A DNA stretch of 64,000 bases from Octopus vulgaris. Lineage: Eukaryota. The notes beneath the pieces were generated by a model. That model did not search any database and was not told the origin of the DNA. It saw only the letters and a list, made by a program, of their open reading frames with translations. Where the stretch lies: positions 210,118,001 to 210,182,000 of the forward strand of contig OX597814.1 in assembly GCA_951406725.2 (NCBI GenBank), written 5' to 3'. This document shows positions 14,917 to 29,829 of this stretch, piece by piece. The position numbers and the translations under genes were made by a program. Every line of letters starts with the position of its first letter. Position 1 is the stretch's first letter.

Positions 14917-15039
14917 ATATCTAAGTAAGGTAAGATTTCAATATATTTTTTCTTGTTATTTTCGATATTTAATAGAGTATCTACATATCTTTCACTTACC
15001 ATTCATTTTTACACACACGCGGCACGCGCGCATACACAC

Positions 15040-15081
<42 letters not shown>

Positions 15082-15108
15082 ATGTATGTCTGTACGTGTG
15101 TGTGCAAG

Positions 15109-15144
<36 letters not shown>

Positions 15145-15206
15145 GTATGTATTTATATTAATATGTATACGTACACATACATACATACAAACACATACAT
15201 ACATAT

Positions 15207-15298
<92 letters not shown>

Positions 15299-16437
15299 TG
15301 TATAATCCATATATGTCGGCGAGCATTTGTAGTTAATATTAAGCATGGTTTGGATCAAGAGATGATTCGTATTTCTTTGAAATACAGTATTCACAGTGTT
15401 ACCCGGTTTAAAAATCACATAAAAATATTTAATATTATTCATAAACTATAAGGTAATAATAATCTTCAAGTGAATGCCAGACCTATATCCGCAAATATTG
15501 CAAGATCATAAAACACGAACGCTATTATTACACGAATATACTGGCGATGTGTATTATTGATTTCTCGCATTAGTATACAACCACATATCAACTTATGATT
15601 TAGTCGATTCAATCGGACATACCATAATGTTATGCTTGGAAGCTATAGTCTATTAAATCCATTCCGGTCTTCGATTGGTACTTCATTCTATCGATCACTG
15701 GAAGTTAAAAGCCAAAATTGACCTCGGCAGTATTTGTGTTGAGAAAATGAAGGACCGTAACTAAATATCCAAATGCATTTTGCTCTGCTACTACCCAGAT
15801 TCATCCTATTAAATACTATGTAGAAATAGTTGATTACATAGTAATATCTATGCAAGGAAATATCATACTTGTATTATTATAATATTTCACTGTCTCGCGA
15901 AAGAAGTATTATGAAGAAACTCGAGTTTGTATTAGAAATATAGCAATAGACAAATATTAATAAAGAAACGAAATTGAACCAGTGAGTGACCCTCATGATA
16001 TACAACGAAAGCTGTTTCAATACACAAATTCACATTAAGAATTCTGCCTATCAAAAAGCAAAAACAAGTTTATGTAGTAACTTTGACATGCATATTTTCA
16101 TAATTTTCATTTTTGCAATGCCTCCAATATAGAATTTAAAAACGTCATTGACACAATTCTTTAGAAACTTCAGTTGTTGTTGCAAGTATCTCATCTACTT
16201 TAGAGTTAATGGGGGCTGAAAACATTGCCAGCTTACATATCGCAGCCAAGTCTCCATCGAATTGCATCTTATCCTTTTAAAAGAGAAATGTCAGATAACG
16301 TAGTCCTAGTCATACCAAAAATGTGGCAAACGTTTGTCTGTAACGGCCTGGATCATAGGATTGTTGAAGCAGAGCTGACCTCGGGTTAAGCAAGAACGTC
16401 AATGACATTGATTTCAAGGACGCTGTGCCTGAATATA

Positions 16438-16653
16438 TTACTCTTTTACTCTTTTACTCTTTTACTTGTTTCAGTCATTTGACTGCGGCCATGCTGGAGC
16501 ACCGCCTTTAGTCGAGCAAATCGACCCCGGAACTTATTCTTTGTAAGCCCAGTACTTATTCTATCGGTCTCTTTTGCCGAACCGCTAAGTGACGGGGACG
16601 TAAACACACCAGCATTGGTTGTCAAGCAATGCTAGGGGGACAAACACAGGGAC

Positions 16654-16698
<45 letters not shown>

Positions 16699-16863
16699 TA
16701 CGACAGGCTTCTTACAGTGTCTGTCTACCAAATCAACTCACAAGGCATTGGTCGGCCCGGGGCTATAGCAGAAGACACTTGCCCAAGATGCCACGCAGTG
16801 GGACTGAACCCGGAACCATGTGGTTGGTTAGCAAGCTACTTACCACACAGCCACTCCTGCGCC
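16438..16863 (-). mobile_element. SINE family A
   Basis: Full-length copy with (ACTCTTTT)n tail on the plus strand. Confidence 0.9.
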
Positions 16864-18208
16864 TATATATATATATATGGGATTTGAGCTCAGTTCGTGA
16901 AAGACCAGAAGAAACACTGAAAGGCGTGTTGTCCGTTGCTCTAACGCTGCTACCATTATATTTTTTACAAGATGAATAACACCAATTGTTTCTAATTTAG
17001 GCACAAGGTTGGTAAATGTGAGAAGAAATGTGTTAGGATTTTCACATTGACCGCAATACTTTGCTGGTACCTATCTTCTCTAACTCCGAAGTGAGGAAAA
17101 TCAAATACAACTTATGCTGAATAGAAGTGCAAATATTAAGAATAGGAATAAATGCTGCAATCCATGTTGTAAGATGCCGTAAGGATCTTAACGATTCTCT
17201 GCTCTAAAAACTACAACTGCATCACTCTCATGATCAACAATAACAATAACAACAATAATAATAGCAAAATTTATTTCGGTTATAATATAATTGTCGTATC
17301 AACATATGGCATAGATCTAAACATCACATCTGAGATTCTTTTGAACTCGCTATTGCTTTCACAAACAGCAAAAATGAATTTATAAAAGAGACGATAAATT
17401 GGAATTAGCGAAATTAATGACTTTCCTAACGCCTTTTACTAGGACTACAGAAGGGAACTACACATAAGTAGGAAGTTAAACAGAATCACATTGTGACTCA
17501 CTAGAGGATTCTACTTGTGCTACAACAAACATTGTTTAGTGTATAAAAGGCAATAATACCCACTCACACACACAAACGGAAACACAAACACACACACACA
17601 CACATGTATGAGAAATTTTTATACTGATCGGCTTTGGTGCGAATAAAATCCGTTTTGTGTTCAAGGGAATTTTTGTTCAGTCTGCGATTTAAATAAATTT
17701 CGAAAATGGATAAATAAATTCAGTGAAGGGAAGCTTGTCATGTTAATAAGAACCTATGATCATTTTTTATAGTTTTTAAAGAATAGCTGCTAAATATAAG
17801 CTCGGGGGACATAATAACGAAAAACAAAATGGAGCAAAAGTGTTTTGAAACTCCGATTTAAAACACGTAAAATCAACACAACTTCGGTTTGCTTTATTTA
17901 ATGTTACTTCATGTTCCTGCACTCAACATTTTATTATCAAATCGTGATTATGCACACATAAATAAATTTATACAAACAAACCGGAACACAAACTCGCATC
18001 CTATCAGACGGAATTTAAATTCCCCGAGTGGAGTGAATCATAATATAATACCCATACATCCATACATAGCTACCTTTATAAGAATCAGGAACTGCGAACA
18101 CACGCGCACATATTTATAAATATATCTACACACCTCATACACACACTCACACACGCACACACACATGTATGTATATGTTTGTATATGTATGTGTCTATGG
18201 ATATATAG

Positions 18209-18274
<66 letters not shown>

Positions 18275-18427
18275 CTTGTAGAAATACATAAATCCGGATG
18301 AGAAGCACACTCTAAGATGTGGAGTAGTTAATATTATAGTGGGGTATGCCGGTTTACGGAGTACTGGCCTTCTGCACTATAATATTTATATATATACATA
18401 TATATATATACACACATGCATGTATAA

Positions 18428-18489
<62 letters not shown>

Positions 18490-18497
18490 GTATATAT

Positions 18498-18613
18498 CAC
18501 CGTGATCATCGTGACCGACCAGGCTATCAGATGTTGCTACACATCGCTGGTCACAATAGGCTTCCCATTGTCTTAGCCTTCACATGACGCCAACCCACTG
18601 GCTAGGCGAGCAG

Positions 18614-18617
<4 letters not shown>
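18498..18617 (-). mobile_element. 5'-truncated SINE tail, same tail as 41350-41470, inside (TA)n
   Basis: Reverse-complement similarity to 41350-41470. Confidence 0.75.
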
Positions 18618-18682
<65 letters not shown>

Positions 18683-19642
18683 ATGCACGTAGATTTATAC
18701 ATACATAACACAATATGACAATCGATTGACACGTGGTGGATTGCTAATCTCTAGTGCAGTGTATTACACTGACTACATAGACTATATATAATTACATATA
18801 TAAAGGGCTCTTATTAATGACTTTTGGCTTAATGTATGCACAAAGCGTCGTATGAATGATCTCATCAGACAGACCAAAGAACAGAAAGCAACAATCTGAG
18901 TACACGCAACTTTAAAAGAGTACACAGACTATACCTACTGATAATGATAAGAAGCTGGATAGTTACCATATTCTTTTTAACACATTTCTAGGAAAATATA
19001 TATTTCCATTAATTCAGCATCGAAATAAAATACAAATAAAATAAAAAGCCATTTCCCTGTTTTGCCTTGGACATTCAGTTACTTATGATTATCCATATAT
19101 TATACATTATGCAGCTATAACTGAGTTGAATTCTTATGAACGTATTGTGCTATTGGAATTAAGATATCGTTTTACTGGGGAAATTAGAGAGCAAGTTTAC
19201 TTTTTGTCTACGTATATGCGATTGTATTATATGATTTTTTTTCCTGAATACAGCTGCAACTGTTTGATGTGTGGTATCACAGAATATTTTCTAATCAATA
19301 AAGAAGTAGGTTGATATGTCTAGAGGTCGGTATATATGCATGTAAACACCCAAAAATATATGTGTTTGAATGTGTGCACATATATGAATGGGTGTATGTG
19401 TGCATTTCTGTTTACATATGTATAATGTACACACACATACACACACATGCATATATATAACATATATGTGGGTGTATATATATATATATATACATACATA
19501 CATACATACATACATACATACATACATACACACACACACATATATATATATATATACCGGAGTAAGCACATAAGTGTGAAACAAGGTGTAAAAAAAAGAA
19601 CTCAAATACCCGAGGTAGAGTAATATGCATTATTTAAATAAA

Positions 19643-19733
<91 letters not shown>

Positions 19734-20001
19734 CACACACATAGATATAGCTAATCCCTTCAACATGAACACATCATTCAAAGTACTGCCAAAATTCTGC
19801 CTGCATTTACCTGGGATTAAGTATAGCGACCTATACTTAAACGGAAGTTCGACCCAACCTCAATACTCTCTGGAAAAAGTCGAACTGTGAATTTTATTAT
19901 ACTGTCTGCATTCTTATGTCTACTTTTACTCTTTATTCTTCTATTCTATTCCTTATAAACTGTGAATTTCCCTGTATAGAACTTTCATACATACTCATAT
20001 T

Positions 20002-20077
20002 GTCTCTGATGACAGAATACCCAGTGTACGAACATGCTAGCCTATAACTTAGAACATTCCAGAAACAGCTGTAAGAC
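20002..20077 (+). ncRNA. Type I hammerhead ribozyme motif with long stem II loop
   Basis: gucu-CUGAUGA-ca gaau...(~37 nt)...auuc ca-GAAAC-agcu-GUA-agac. Stem I gucu/agac, palindromic stem III ACAGCUGU; base of stem II is imperfect. Confidence 0.7.
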
Positions 20078-20156
20078 TTAGAATTAGCCTTACCTTAATT
20101 AAATCATTATAAATAACTTGAGATACTCCTTCCGCCTTGGTTTTTGATTCTTTTTC

Positions 20157-20188
<32 letters not shown>

Positions 20189-20329
20189 GTCCATACATAC
20201 ATACGTCCATACATACATACGTACATATATAAATAATACTTACATACATACATATATAGATACATGCATACATACATACATGCATACATACATATATAAG
20301 AAGAATGTCTACATTACATGTGCATTCAC

Positions 20330-21000
20330 TAACGACTGAAATAGTATCATAAGGTTAGGCAAAAATCCCTGAATTGGTACGATGAGTTTACAACTGTTTC
20401 ATGAAAAGCAAGAGGGACTGGACAGACTTGCGAAGAAAGAATCTTTGAGGAGAAATATTACCTAACCCTAAATTCATGTATCTATATCCAAATTGCAATT
20501 ATAACACAATTGATAAGAAACGTAACCACTCCTGGACTTGGGATAAATACATCACATCTTACGTAGAAGGCTGAATACTCTCCAAGGTGTTAGCAATTAA
20601 ATAACTGATCATCGAGAGATCTTATCCTTCATGTTGTGAAAGAAAATTGATAGTGCCATACGATTGTGAATGATATCACCCATACCATCAGTAACTGTCC
20701 AAAAATATCTGCAAGATTCTTTCTTCCCAAGAGATAGTAGATTGTCGCTAAAACATGTACACTGCTGCACGAATGTATCCTTTTCGTCACCAGATCCCAA
20801 ATGTATCAACATCTTAAAAAGTAAAGAACACTGGTGGAACATTTCAATAAAACAGCAACAGTCCAGACAATATTCATAGGGGTCAGGTTTCTTTGTCAAA
20901 TATTTGAGAAAAGAACATTTATGTGGAATCTAAGCGCACTACACAATATCGCAAATATTTGCATAAAAATTAAAAATTCTGGGGTTCCCCCAAAAGAGCG
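20330..21000 (-). mobile_element. Highly decayed Tc1/mariner (maT-like) transposase relic
   Basis: Minus-strand fragments GSGDEK.TFVQQ, LMVWVIS and SQVQEWL occur in the expected order; many frameshifts, no TIRs seen. Confidence 0.4.
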
Positions 21001-21442
21001 AAGTAAACAGATTTGAATGCTCCAAATACAATTAGTCGTACTCTGAGAAATGTTAAGCCATAGCAACAATTCGGCAGTTGAGGTTCATGGACTGAACGCA
21101 ATGCACAAAATCACATATGTATATGGACTACACAAACACGCACATATACAGATAGTAATGAAGCAGGTGCACAACCGCGCGCACAGACACAGACACAGAC
21201 ACACACATCTATACACTTTAGTACATGAATGTGAGTTTATCCACACGCGTGTTCGTACACACGCACAGACATATATGTGCACATAAACAGTTCAGAACGG
21301 CACAAGCTCCGAGAGGTGTTTTGATCAAGCAAAAGGACCTTGTCATTTGTGGCTGGGTTGATCTTTGCAGAGGTAAAAACTAAAATAATCTCAAGGCTCT
21401 TTTTCCCCCTCTCTCTCTGTATACATACATACATACATACAT

Positions 21443-21851
21443 AGATGATGGCCGTCCACTCGTGACTAAGGAAGACTATTGCTGACCTTCAGGAACATTA
21501 TGCGCTCTAAGAGTAACTTATATTTTGCATTTGCCGCTCCGTTGGTGGCTAATGAGACCTGCTCTTAGCAAGCATACACGACTGCAAACATTTCAAACCA
21601 AGCTTTCCTCATTCACTTCACCAGCAGTGCACTTTCAAGCAGCATGATTAAGTTCTTCATGCAGAATACGTGCTCTCTGAAAAGTGTTGATCTCCCCCTT
21701 AACCTGCTTCCTTTATCTGTAGCGATGACAGGCAGTGCTCTCCCAGTCAGTCACCTGCATATCATAGGTCTTTATTGAGGAGCTGACAAAGTCCTTAAAA
21801 TGCAGCCTTTGTTTTTCTGCCAGGTTCTCTTTCTATTCACATGTTCCCCAT
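21443..21851 (-). mobile_element. RTE-clade LINE 3' fragment
   Basis: Minus strand gives decayed ..KTYDMQVTDWESTACHR.. and a C-terminal GLISHQR zinc-finger-like end; flanked by (CATA)n. Confidence 0.6.
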
Positions 21852-24800
21852 ATACACACACATACATACATACATACATACATACATACATACATACATA
21901 CATACATACATGTAGAAAGTATTGATGTAGGATATAAAACATGTGAGCTGATATCTAATGTGCAAATTAGTGCCATATCAGTCACCCATGAACCCAATAT
22001 ATAATTCTGCAGTCGGTTTATTAAAATGTGTGAATCTTTGGGATCAAACTCTGGAGTACTCTAAAAGAATTGAACTCAGAGCGTAGAAACTGTGACCAAA
22101 TACACCAGAGGACGTGGACGTAAAGACGCTATTAGTTCACCGCTGTGTTCTTCAATACTTTAGTTTTAATATGAGTAAACACATTTCGACGTTAGAAAAA
22201 GGAAACGTCATGTTAGCCTCTATGAGTAATGAACTTCGAACTGAAACAGCCGGAGGAAATGTTGAAAAGTATAATGAGGTACAGTGTCTCATTAATGATA
22301 TCACTATCAGTGTTGCACATGGTTTTAATGCATATTACATGTGAATCTGCTCTCTAGTTACAAATCTGCCACTAATCAATCATTTCCGTTGGTTTATGGC
22401 CTTTATCGTTTACTTTGTATCTTATTTAGTTACATGTTTATCCGTCTCTTATTTGGCGACAGAGCATGAGCTTAATCGTCATGTTTTCATTTTACATACA
22501 TTGCTTAATGCTGTATATAGAATACATACATTCATGCAGTTCACTCATACATTGCACTACTGTATTATATGTTTTGGCTCGTATTTTACAAGTGTTATAC
22601 TATATATTTATGCAGACATGCATTTTTCAATGTTATAGTTTTCATAGTTCATCACCGCTCTTCTTTTTTTACTCTATCTTTCCATCATTCTCCACTCATT
22701 TTGTGTGTAGATTTGTTATAATGTGTTGTCCATTGGTATACTCATCCCTCCTTCTCATTCCCCGTTAATTTACTCGATCTTAGTCTCTCCACTTCCCTCT
22801 TTTTTTTTACAAACTTTGATAAAAAAATGTATAATTCCTTTCTCTCACTCTTATCTCACTTCCCCATGAGCCATTTTACTGTTGTTTTCCCTTTTTTCTG
22901 ATATCTGCTACATTACTATTCTCTTTCATTTCCTAAGTTTTTTATTCTGCTTTCTTATTTCTTTATTTCTGCTTTCTGCAACCATGCTGTTAGCATCAGT
23001 TTTCGTTTTTCACCGAAGCAAGCGTTCGAAACGTTGATCTTTTGCTTCTCGCGATAAATCAATTCACTGATATTTTCTATGAACTTTCTCCAGCCAATAT
23101 AATGCACTTGATTGTATATTGTTACAAAATGTAAGATTTTTGAAATCTATATACCTATAATTAAAGCCGTATACCCGTATGAAATAGCCATAATTTTGCC
23201 GAATATCGTTCTCATTATCACAGCAATGAATATTGAATAGATGGCATTTCATATTCCTTTATACATTCATATATAAATATATTTAGAAATATTTTGGTTT
23301 ATTCTTTACACGTTAATAATTATTGGTTTCTTACTCGGGCACAAAGCCAATTTCTGCAGAGTAGTTTTGTTTGAAATCTGATTATAGCAGATTTATGCAT
23401 TAGAACGTCTTTGAACAGGAACCAGTCAAATACAAATAAGAATGCATTGATACAGATCACTATATCTAAGTTTATATTCATTATTTTCGAAATTATATTG
23501 CTAATAAATATTAGAAAAATTATATCTTACAATGACAAAGAACACTTGTTGAAAAGGAAGCAGATAATCAACTGTATTTACCCCATTGTGTTACTGGTAT
23601 TAATTTGATCGACCTTTGCAGCTGGAAATGTATAGTCGACACAGTTGAGATTTATATCCAAAATTAGTGGATATAAAAACCCATGACTGATAGCTTAAGA
23701 GTCAGAACTCTGTTGTATCGACCATGAGCAGATACTATCCACAATGGAAACAGAATAAAATACTGTTGTTGAATCCCTAAGGAATATAATTTCTTTACTT
23801 TTTCAATTACTTGATCGTAGATTCGAGAGTGGTTATCGAATATCTTGAATCCTACAATTTCTATCAAAAGCTGGTCATCATTAAAACAAAATATTAAAGG
23901 TATTTATGTTAATAGATTTGGGGAGGAAATGTTTTATCTGAACATATAGCATGCCAAAAGAAAAGAAAAGACAAAAACAAAATACTTGTGATATGACCTA
24001 TTCAATTGTGAAATACTTCATCACTTAAATTATAATGACAGTGTTGAACCAAATAACATCGGAGTACAGCCCGACGTATAATTATGAACTAAATAGGGAT
24101 TATATTCATTCTTGCAAATATAAACCTACGAAATTTCTTGAACTGAAGCGTGAATTCAAAACTAATGAAAGGCAAATCATATAGAACGAAATTTTGAAGG
24201 ATTTATAAATGATGCCTAGTGAGCCACTTTTGCACGCTATCAAAATATAAGATCAGCAAATTATTAAATCTTATTTCCAGCTTTTCGTCGTCGAAGTAAA
24301 GCGATAGATGGATAAGGTTATACGGAAGGATTAATCCACTATTCTGGCTGGCCTTGACCAAGAAAAAATAAGGCATTATCTGGGTTTCTTTTGCTTAATC
24401 TACTTATTCTATTTGAAAATATAATTGTGCATGTTGTGTTGCTAGTATATACAAGAGCAAGCGTGCTTAGATGTTGAAGATAAAAAAGACTGCTGGGCAA
24501 CCATTAGAGGGGTCAACAGTTCACGTATAATACCATGTTTACTTCTTCCTCACCTGCCATGAAATCTTATATATAACTAAATGAATTAATGTCGATAACA
24601 CATTTGTTTTTGGTTTAGTTAACACAATTGTGTTTTAAATACAATATTTAATATAAAGTTTTGGTGCTATGAAACGAAATATTTTGACTTCAATCAGAAG
24701 ATATATTGATATACAACAGATAATCTTGGAAGTAACTATATGATTAGAAACATACATTTACAGTTTACAAGTTTAATAAACGGAAAAACTATATTATACT

Positions 24801-26320
24801 ACCAGGAAAATATTTTGAGCTCCATCAGGTTTATGATATAGCACAAAAATAGATATCATCAAAAATAAAATCCTGTGCGAAATATAATATAGATAAACTA
24901 CCGACGGGTGTTTATGTACCAAATCAGGCATGATAAAATTAAATCAAAACAAGCAACTTTAATGTAATAATCGACATTAATTTCAACTAATTCAATTTTC
25001 CTAGGAGTGGGTGTATAGCCGACTGTGCAATCCTGAGTACAATAAAAGCCAAAATCAAATGTGGTGGGTTTTTTTAATTACATTGTGTAGAAAAACGAAA
25101 TTGATTTATGTGTAAACCTCGCGTTGTTCTAATAAAATTTATCTATTATAATATAAATGAAATGATTTCTTACACTAATTTGCTTTTTCAAACTTTAAGA
25201 AGAGCAATTCCAACAGATTGCAGGCTAAGGGAGGAAATCCATGGACAGACTGTATTACTGTAAGTGCACATCAGATTCTATATATAAAATGAACCGAAAA
25301 ATAAATTGAAACGTTGTTCAATGCCACCTCAAGGCCACCATAAAGTTTCACTCATTATACAGGAAATAGTATTGATTTAAGTAGGAGACGTGATGACGGG
25401 GAGGTTAATACTGTTATCCCATAAGGATAGTATTAATAATTATGGTATTCTTTTTGTTATCGATAATTTTAATAATAACAATGTCTTTCTCTTTAGATGC
25501 TACAAGTACCGGACATTTTGATACACAGTAATTTGATATTTCATTACTGGTAAGCTATCTTACCTTTTCTGATATTAGAATTCGCTCACCTTCTGTAGTG
25601 CAAAACAAATTGGCTTACATGTATCCATAGATTACGAACTTGACAGGAATAAGCTAAAGTAAATCGCATTAAGCAGTTGGTAGACTATTGGAAAACTATC
25701 TCTAAAATACTAACGTAGTTTATTGGATGTTGTGTATAGTCTATAATGGGAAATAGTAAATTATAACATCTCAGTACGAAGTAATATTATACAATGTCCT
25801 AAAGCTGTGAGCTGGCAGAATAAGATAACACGTCTTTACGTTCTGAGATCAAACCCGCCAACTTTGACTTTGCCTTTCATCCTTTCGGGTTCGATGAAAT
25901 ACGTATCAGTTGAGCAATAAGGTCGATGTAATCGACTTACTCCTTTCTCACATAATCAACCCTTGTGCCTATAATAGAAAGACTATTATACAAATATATT
26001 TGCATACCCGCTCCATAAAAAAAAACCCCTAAATTGACGGGAATAAGCCGATCATCTAGTTCTACATGAATGCTTATGAAAATGTTGGTTGTATATCGAT
26101 TGGATGACGCAGTCTTTGTTCACCAACATCACACTGATCGTAGGCTATAGTGTCATTGAAATGTCTAGTGGGATATTTTGAACTGACAGGGCGTCCAAGT
26201 ATTCATTTCATCCTATGTTTGTTACTCTTAAGCTGGTAAATAATAAGTATTTAATTTGGTATAAACAAAGATTTAGATAGATAGATTAGATAAATAAGTT
26301 ATATAGTTAGATAGATAGTT

Positions 26321-26367
<47 letters not shown>

Positions 26368-27295
26368 ATTCGTCGTCTCTTTATGAATGATTTGAAACAT
26401 AGATTGAAAATGGTTTTTGATTTGAAAATCTATTCAGTATTAGCAAGCAAATTATGAAGGATATTAAGATGCTTTCCAGAGAAAAGAAATGCAAGACGGT
26501 CACTAAACGGTGAAGGGCACAGACAAATAATTTTTATGGAGGGAACATTGTATGCGATTTAGGAATCTCCACTTTCTTAATTACTTGGGACATTCATAAA
26601 AGTAAAACTCTGTGAAAGCTGTGTCGATAAGAAAGAATAACAGTTGGGAGTGAATAAATTGACTTGCTCTTTGTGTGGTTAATGATAGGTACGGACGTAT
26701 AGTGTAGCTAAATAAAAAGGGCAAAATGTACAAGGATAAATATATTTCGTCAGCTATATTCTTGCAAGTCATTATGATTTAAGCATTTGCAAAAAAATTG
26801 GCATCGCAGTAAAGGACTATGAAAAAAAAAAAGAAGATGCCTTAGACTCACAGGCTGGAGTCATAAGACTGGCATGAAAACCACAAACAGATTCGGAGTA
26901 TTAACAAAGAAAGTATCCTTCAGTTTCAGACGGAGACAAACGGTAAGGTTACTAGCTTACAAGATGCGTATAGTGAAATATTGGAGGTGTGTAGCCAGTA
27001 TGAAGCTCATGAGACAAAAGAACAATAAAAAGAGAAAATCAGTTGGAGCTAGTTGAATGAAAGGGAGAAAGATAGAAGGAGAGAGAAAGAGAAACAGAGA
27101 GACAAAGAAAAAGAGAGGAAGAACGAAGGAAAGTGAGTGTGCGTTGTCAAAATAGAATAAAAGAGACAGTCACTGAGACAAGAAAATTCCGTTACCTCCG
27201 TTACCATGAAAGTTACGACTGCTCACTGCAAATGAAATGCACCCACATGCATGTATATACACACGTGTGTGTGTGTGTGTATATATATATATACA

Positions 27296-27367
<72 letters not shown>

Positions 27368-27463
27368 GTTAATCCAAACAAGAAAAACAAAAAGACAACA
27401 ACGCAAGGACGCGGAACAAATAAAGTATTATTGGACGCTCAGGAAAGAAGGGAAGAAAGAGGG

Positions 27464-27494
27464 TTTGACGTTTCGAGCGGAGCTTTTCGTCGGA
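27464..27494 (-). ncRNA. Degenerate hammerhead-like motif in a short island between (TA)n arrays
   Basis: Minus strand: u-CCGACGA-aaagc ucc gcuc-GAAAC-GUC-aaa; core differs from CUGANGA and the 5' side is cut off by (TA)n. Confidence 0.45.
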
Positions 27495-27753
27495 TATATA
27501 TATATAAACTTATTCGTAAATTCTGAAATGTGTTTGTGTATATATATATATATATAAACATACACATTTCAGCATGTACGAATAGGTTTCACAACCGATG
27601 CAATTGCTTAGACATATATTAAGTAACAAACTTCAAAAATAGTACTGGGTTAGATGCAAGCAGCTAAATCCTTGAAGGCGATTTCACAGCATGCACACTA
27701 GAACTAGTAAAAGGCTAAGATGTTATATATATGTATATCTGTATCTATGTATC

Positions 27754-27816
<63 letters not shown>

Positions 27817-28000
27817 GTATATTTATATATATATATATATGTCACATATATAAGTATATGTATATATATATATATATGTATATGTATATATTGGTATATA
27901 TACACATATATAGACACACACACACACATAAGGATATAAATGTCTATATATATCTATATATATATATATGTAGACAGATATATGATGTATAAATTATCTC

Positions 28001-28031
<31 letters not shown>

Positions 28032-28113
28032 GTCTGCCTGTCTGCCTGTCTGTCTGTTTGTCTGTCTGTCTGTCTCTCTCTGTCTCTCTCTGTCTCTCTG
28101 TCTCTCTCTCTGG

Positions 28114-28155
<42 letters not shown>

Positions 28156-28534
28156 GAATATACACGCAGGTACACGTAATTCTATTTGCTGCGCTGTAAT
28201 CTACATTACTTCTACATGTTATGGTTTTGCAATACCATAAAATGCACGAGAGGTTACGTTAAAACCAACATATATTTTTGTACGGGGATTTAGTTACTAG
28301 ATTAAGGTGGCCGTTTTATTATTATTTGTACCGATTTCTTCTGAATAGCTATGTTATCCGTATGTGTGTGGGCTCATTCATATGGATAGCTAAATCTTCT
28401 TACAGAGAACCCATTTTGTGACTGAGCTTAACTTACAGTTCTATATTTAAGAGAGGAGGAATTATGTACATTATTTACATTATTTACATTATTTACGTGT
28501 GAGGGATGTTTGTTCTCGTCTAGTTTGTTGTTAA

Positions 28535-28577
28535 CACAACGTTTCGGCTGATATGTCCTCCAAGCCTTCATCAAGTG
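28535..28577 (-). ncRNA. Hammerhead motif with a C3-to-U core mutation (probably inactive)
   Basis: Minus strand: cac-UUGAUGA-a ggc...gcc-GAAAC-GUU-gug; stems I and II intact, palindromic AACGUU stem III. Confidence 0.65.
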
Positions 28578-28767
28578 GTTTGGGGAAATTTCGAACCTGC
28601 GTTCTCACTCCTAAGGTGTGTGTACATGCGCGTACACACACACACACATATGCGCATACCCATACGCGCACAGTTATATTCAAATACACGTACACGCGCG
28701 CACACGCACACACACATGTGCACGTAACCATACGCGCATAGTTATATTCCAATGCACGTCTAAAATA

Positions 28768-28907
<140 letters not shown>

Positions 28908-29095
28908 TATATAGATATATATATATACATATACGCAGCTATAAGCGGTGTAACTTTTATTCTTAACAATATATGCTTGCAGCACGCGCAATCACAGTTA
29001 GTGTCGGCTAAATATTATACGTGTGTGTGAGTGTATGAGTGTGTATGTGTGAATGTGCGTGTATGTGTGCGCGTGCTGTTTACGTATAATATCTT

Positions 29096-29495
29096 ATTTC
29101 TTTATTGCCACAAGGGGCTAAACATAGAGGGGACAAATAAGGACAAACAAAGGATTAAGTCGATTACATCGATCCCAGTACGTAAATGGTACTTAATTTA
29201 TCGACCCCCGAAAGGATGAACAGCAAAGTCGACCTCGGTGGAATTAGAACTCAGAACGTAACGGCAGACGAAATACCTATTTCTTTATTACCCACAAGGG
29301 GCTAAACACAGAGAGGACAAACAATGACGGACAAACGGATTAAGTCAATTATATCGACCCCAGTGCGTAACTGGTACTTATTTAATCGACCCTGAAAGGA
29401 TGAAAGGCAAAGTCGACCTCGGGGGAATTTGAACTCAGAACGTAACGGCAGACGAAATACCGGTAAGCATTTCGCCCGGCGTGCTCGCCGCCTTA
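29096..29495 (-). mobile_element. SINE family C, dimeric form
   Basis: Head plus two body units (gggtcgat...aagtacca core); 15-bp TSD tacgtataatatctt at 29081-29095 and 29496-29510. Confidence 0.9.
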
Positions 29496-29554
29496 TACGT
29501 ATAATATCTTGTTGCATATTTATTTTTATTTATGCGCCCAGTTGATATATATAT

Positions 29555-29627
<73 letters not shown>

Positions 29628-29829
29628 TATATATACATATATATATAGATATATATATATACATATACGCAGCTATAAGCGGTGTAACTTTTATTCTTAA
29701 CAATATATGCTTGCAGCACGCGCAATCACAGTTAGTGTCGGCTAAATATTATACGTGTGTGTGAGTGTATGAGTGTGTATGTGTGAATGTGCGTGTATGT
29801 GTGCGCGTGCTGTTTACGTATAATATCTT

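Noticed and set aside
10747-16979. Recurring ORFs such as RQASFSFRLPNPLTRHWSARGYSRRHLP
   Set aside because: Chance frames of SINE family A, repeated only because the SINE is repeated.
23010-23040. ccgaagcaagcgttcgaaacgttg hammerhead-like string
   Set aside because: Too degenerate; only GAAACGUU matches.
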